A stretch of DNA of 64,000 nucleotides. Origin: Pyrinomonadaceae bacterium (GTDB taxonomy: Bacteria; Acidobacteriota; Blastocatellia; Pyrinomonadales; Pyrinomonadaceae). Of the stretch, positions 62,963 to 64,000 are shown in pieces; position 1 is the first letter of the stretch; each line of letters begins with the position of its first letter. The notes beneath the pieces were generated by a model. The model was not told the origin of the DNA and made no database searches. It saw only the letters and a program-made list of their open reading frames with translations. Where the stretch lies: NCBI GenBank assembly GCA_036263975.1, contig DATARW010000039.1:30669-94668 (forward strand), in the 5' to 3' direction. Position numbers and translations under genes: made by a program.

Positions 62963-63435
62963 TCGAGGAGTTGAGACACGAGATCGCCGAGTTGACGGTG
63001 GCGGCGAAGCACGAAACCACTCGAAAAAGTATTCTGAAGCTCGGCGGGATGCTGGGTACTTTCAGGGCATCGTTCGCAATGGCCGTCAAGACTCAGGCGA
63101 GTAGCGTGCTTCCTATGGTGGGGGCCGCCGGCATGGGGGCAGCCGCGGCGGGGCTACTCGCCCTTTGGAAACAGGCCGCGGAGCGTGAACAGAGTATGGC
63201 GGCGAATCCGTACTTCATCCTCTGGAAACTGGGCGTGTCCCGACCGTCCGAGGTCAGGAGAACCTCGAAGGTGAGCCTTGTGAAGCCGCCGAAGCTGCCT
63301 CCCGGACACTTTAAGCTGAACGCCGCACATCATTGGCTGTGCCCGCCGACAGCCGGGGTGAATTTCCTAGCCGTAAGAAAAAGTGAGCTTCGTTCTTCAA
63401 CTCGATCTCATCTTGAGGTGCGAAATCCGTCATGA
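62947..63435 (+). CDS. Small protein with two predicted TM helices (start uncertain), translationally coupled to the cyclase
   Basis: Hydrophobic segments ILKLGGMLGTFRASFAMAV and VLPMVGAAGMGAAAAGLLALW. The stop TGA 63433-63435 overlaps the downstream ATG 63432-63434. The GTG start lies inside the right inverted repeat; ATG 63049 is an alternative. Confidence 0.5.
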   Translation: MSGHQLEELRHEIAELTVAAKHETTRKSILKLGGMLGTFRASFAMAVKTQASSVLPMVGAAGMGAAAAGLLALWKQAAEREQSMAANPYFILWKLGVSRPSEVRRTSKVSLVKPPKLPPGHFKLNAAHHWLCPPTAGVNFLAVRKSELRSSTRSHLEVRNPS

Positions 63436-63983
63436 CGCAGGGCGCGCAGGACTTGGTAGTGGCCATCTTCGACGTGCTCGGCTTCGAGGATCGGATCAGG
63501 AGGTTCTCCCTCGAAGAGGTTCACGGCCAGTACAAGGAGTTGCTGGCGATAGCCACCTCGAAGGGCAGCCACGCCTTCTTCGACGCGCGCCCCGCCGGCG
63601 GCGGGACGATGGTCCCGTTCTTCGGCTTCATCGAGATCGAGCAGGACTACTTCAGCGACACGATCCTGCTTTGGACGCGCTTCAGCCCGCCGACGCTCGG
63701 CCCGTTCCTCCACGTCTGTTGCAGCCTCATGTGCGAAGCGCTGCGGGCGGGACTCCCCCTGCGCGGCGCGCTGGCGTTGGGTGATGCCATCATGGACAAG
63801 TCCGCGCGGACGTACCTCGGGGAGCCGCTCGTGGAGGCGGCCAGGCTGGAGAAGGCGCAGCAGTGGGTCGGCCTCTCCTTCGGCCGCTCATTCACTTCCA
63901 GGCGAGGCGTCCCTTTTAACGCGGAGCTGGTGAGGCCCTACTCCAAGCACCGCAAGCCCGGCTCCTCCGACTTGGTCGCGTAA
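63432..63983 (+). CDS. Stand-alone minimal class III nucleotidyl cyclase-like protein (183 aa)
   Basis: VAIFDVLGFEDRI (first metal-Asp strand, FxDxxGF), DYFSDTILLW (second Asp), LRGALALGDAIMD and YLGEPLVEAARLEKAQQWVGLSF (xGxxVNxAARLE-type helix). No sensor or TM domain. Confidence 0.7.
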   Translation: MTQGAQDLVVAIFDVLGFEDRIRRFSLEEVHGQYKELLAIATSKGSHAFFDARPAGGGTMVPFFGFIEIEQDYFSDTILLWTRFSPPTLGPFLHVCCSLMCEALRAGLPLRGALALGDAIMDKSARTYLGEPLVEAARLEKAQQWVGLSFGRSFTSRRGVPFNAELVRPYSKHRKPGSSDLVA

Positions 63984-64000
63984 TTAGTCGTTGACTGGCC

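Overview
A 64-kb, high-G+C bacterial chromosomal window. Most genes have GGAGG-type ribosome-binding sites, and many encode secreted BNR, NHL, PQQ-propeller or TonB-type proteins. The gene repertoire looks Acidobacteria-like, but that is inference only. Positions 1-48,000 are densely packed housekeeping DNA: a DinB-family gene, purE-purK, phhA, a rhodanese gene interrupted by an in-frame TGA, a BNR/sortilin-like protein, a GH63-like glucosidase with an archaeal-type glucose dehydrogenase, a thioredoxin-NHL protein, AhpD-like, CheW-like, tag, mutS2, dnaG-rpoD, a radical-SAM enzyme, aroB, the c-di-AMP module cdaA-cdaR-glmM, a CDF exporter behind a structured leader, an XRE regulator, an M50/CBS protease - MreB paralogue - FHA/GAF/adenylate-cyclase cluster, a porin, a nucA/nuiA nuclease-inhibitor pair, two zinc-ribbon AIM24 paralogues with a PQQ propeller, and a PhoB/PhoR-like pair. 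From about 48,000 onward the window looks accessory or decayed. It holds an orphan 3' part of a tRNA-Ser(CGA) gene inside 1.1 kb of non-coding DNA, then prpE plus an MFS transporter, then a divergent orphan pair (a membrane-anchored helical protein and a wHTH-8TM regulator). After that come an IS5-family element that truncates an AlbA_2/HATPase_c_4 gene, a 1.16-kb ORF-free stretch rich in tetraloop-capped stems, a visibly lower-G+C block with two orphan genes, and a MITE-like 20-bp inverted-repeat element. At the window edge sits a translationally coupled 2-TM protein plus minimal class-III nucleotidyl cyclase. The strongest non-genic signal is a set of at least 11 long intergenic palindromes whose arms are built from 7-8-nt (or 11/14-nt) tandem words. 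They differ in sequence from locus to locus but share one architecture. My ranked candidates for something new are: (1) the 2-TM + minimal cyclase pair, (2) the possible selenocysteine (C-S-U) rhodanese, (3) the periodic-palindrome class, (4) the structured leaders with intrinsic terminators upstream of the CDF exporter and phhA, and (5) the zinc-ribbon-AIM24 cluster. No rRNA, intact tRNA or CRISPR array was found. All family assignments come from reading motifs by eye; no search was run.
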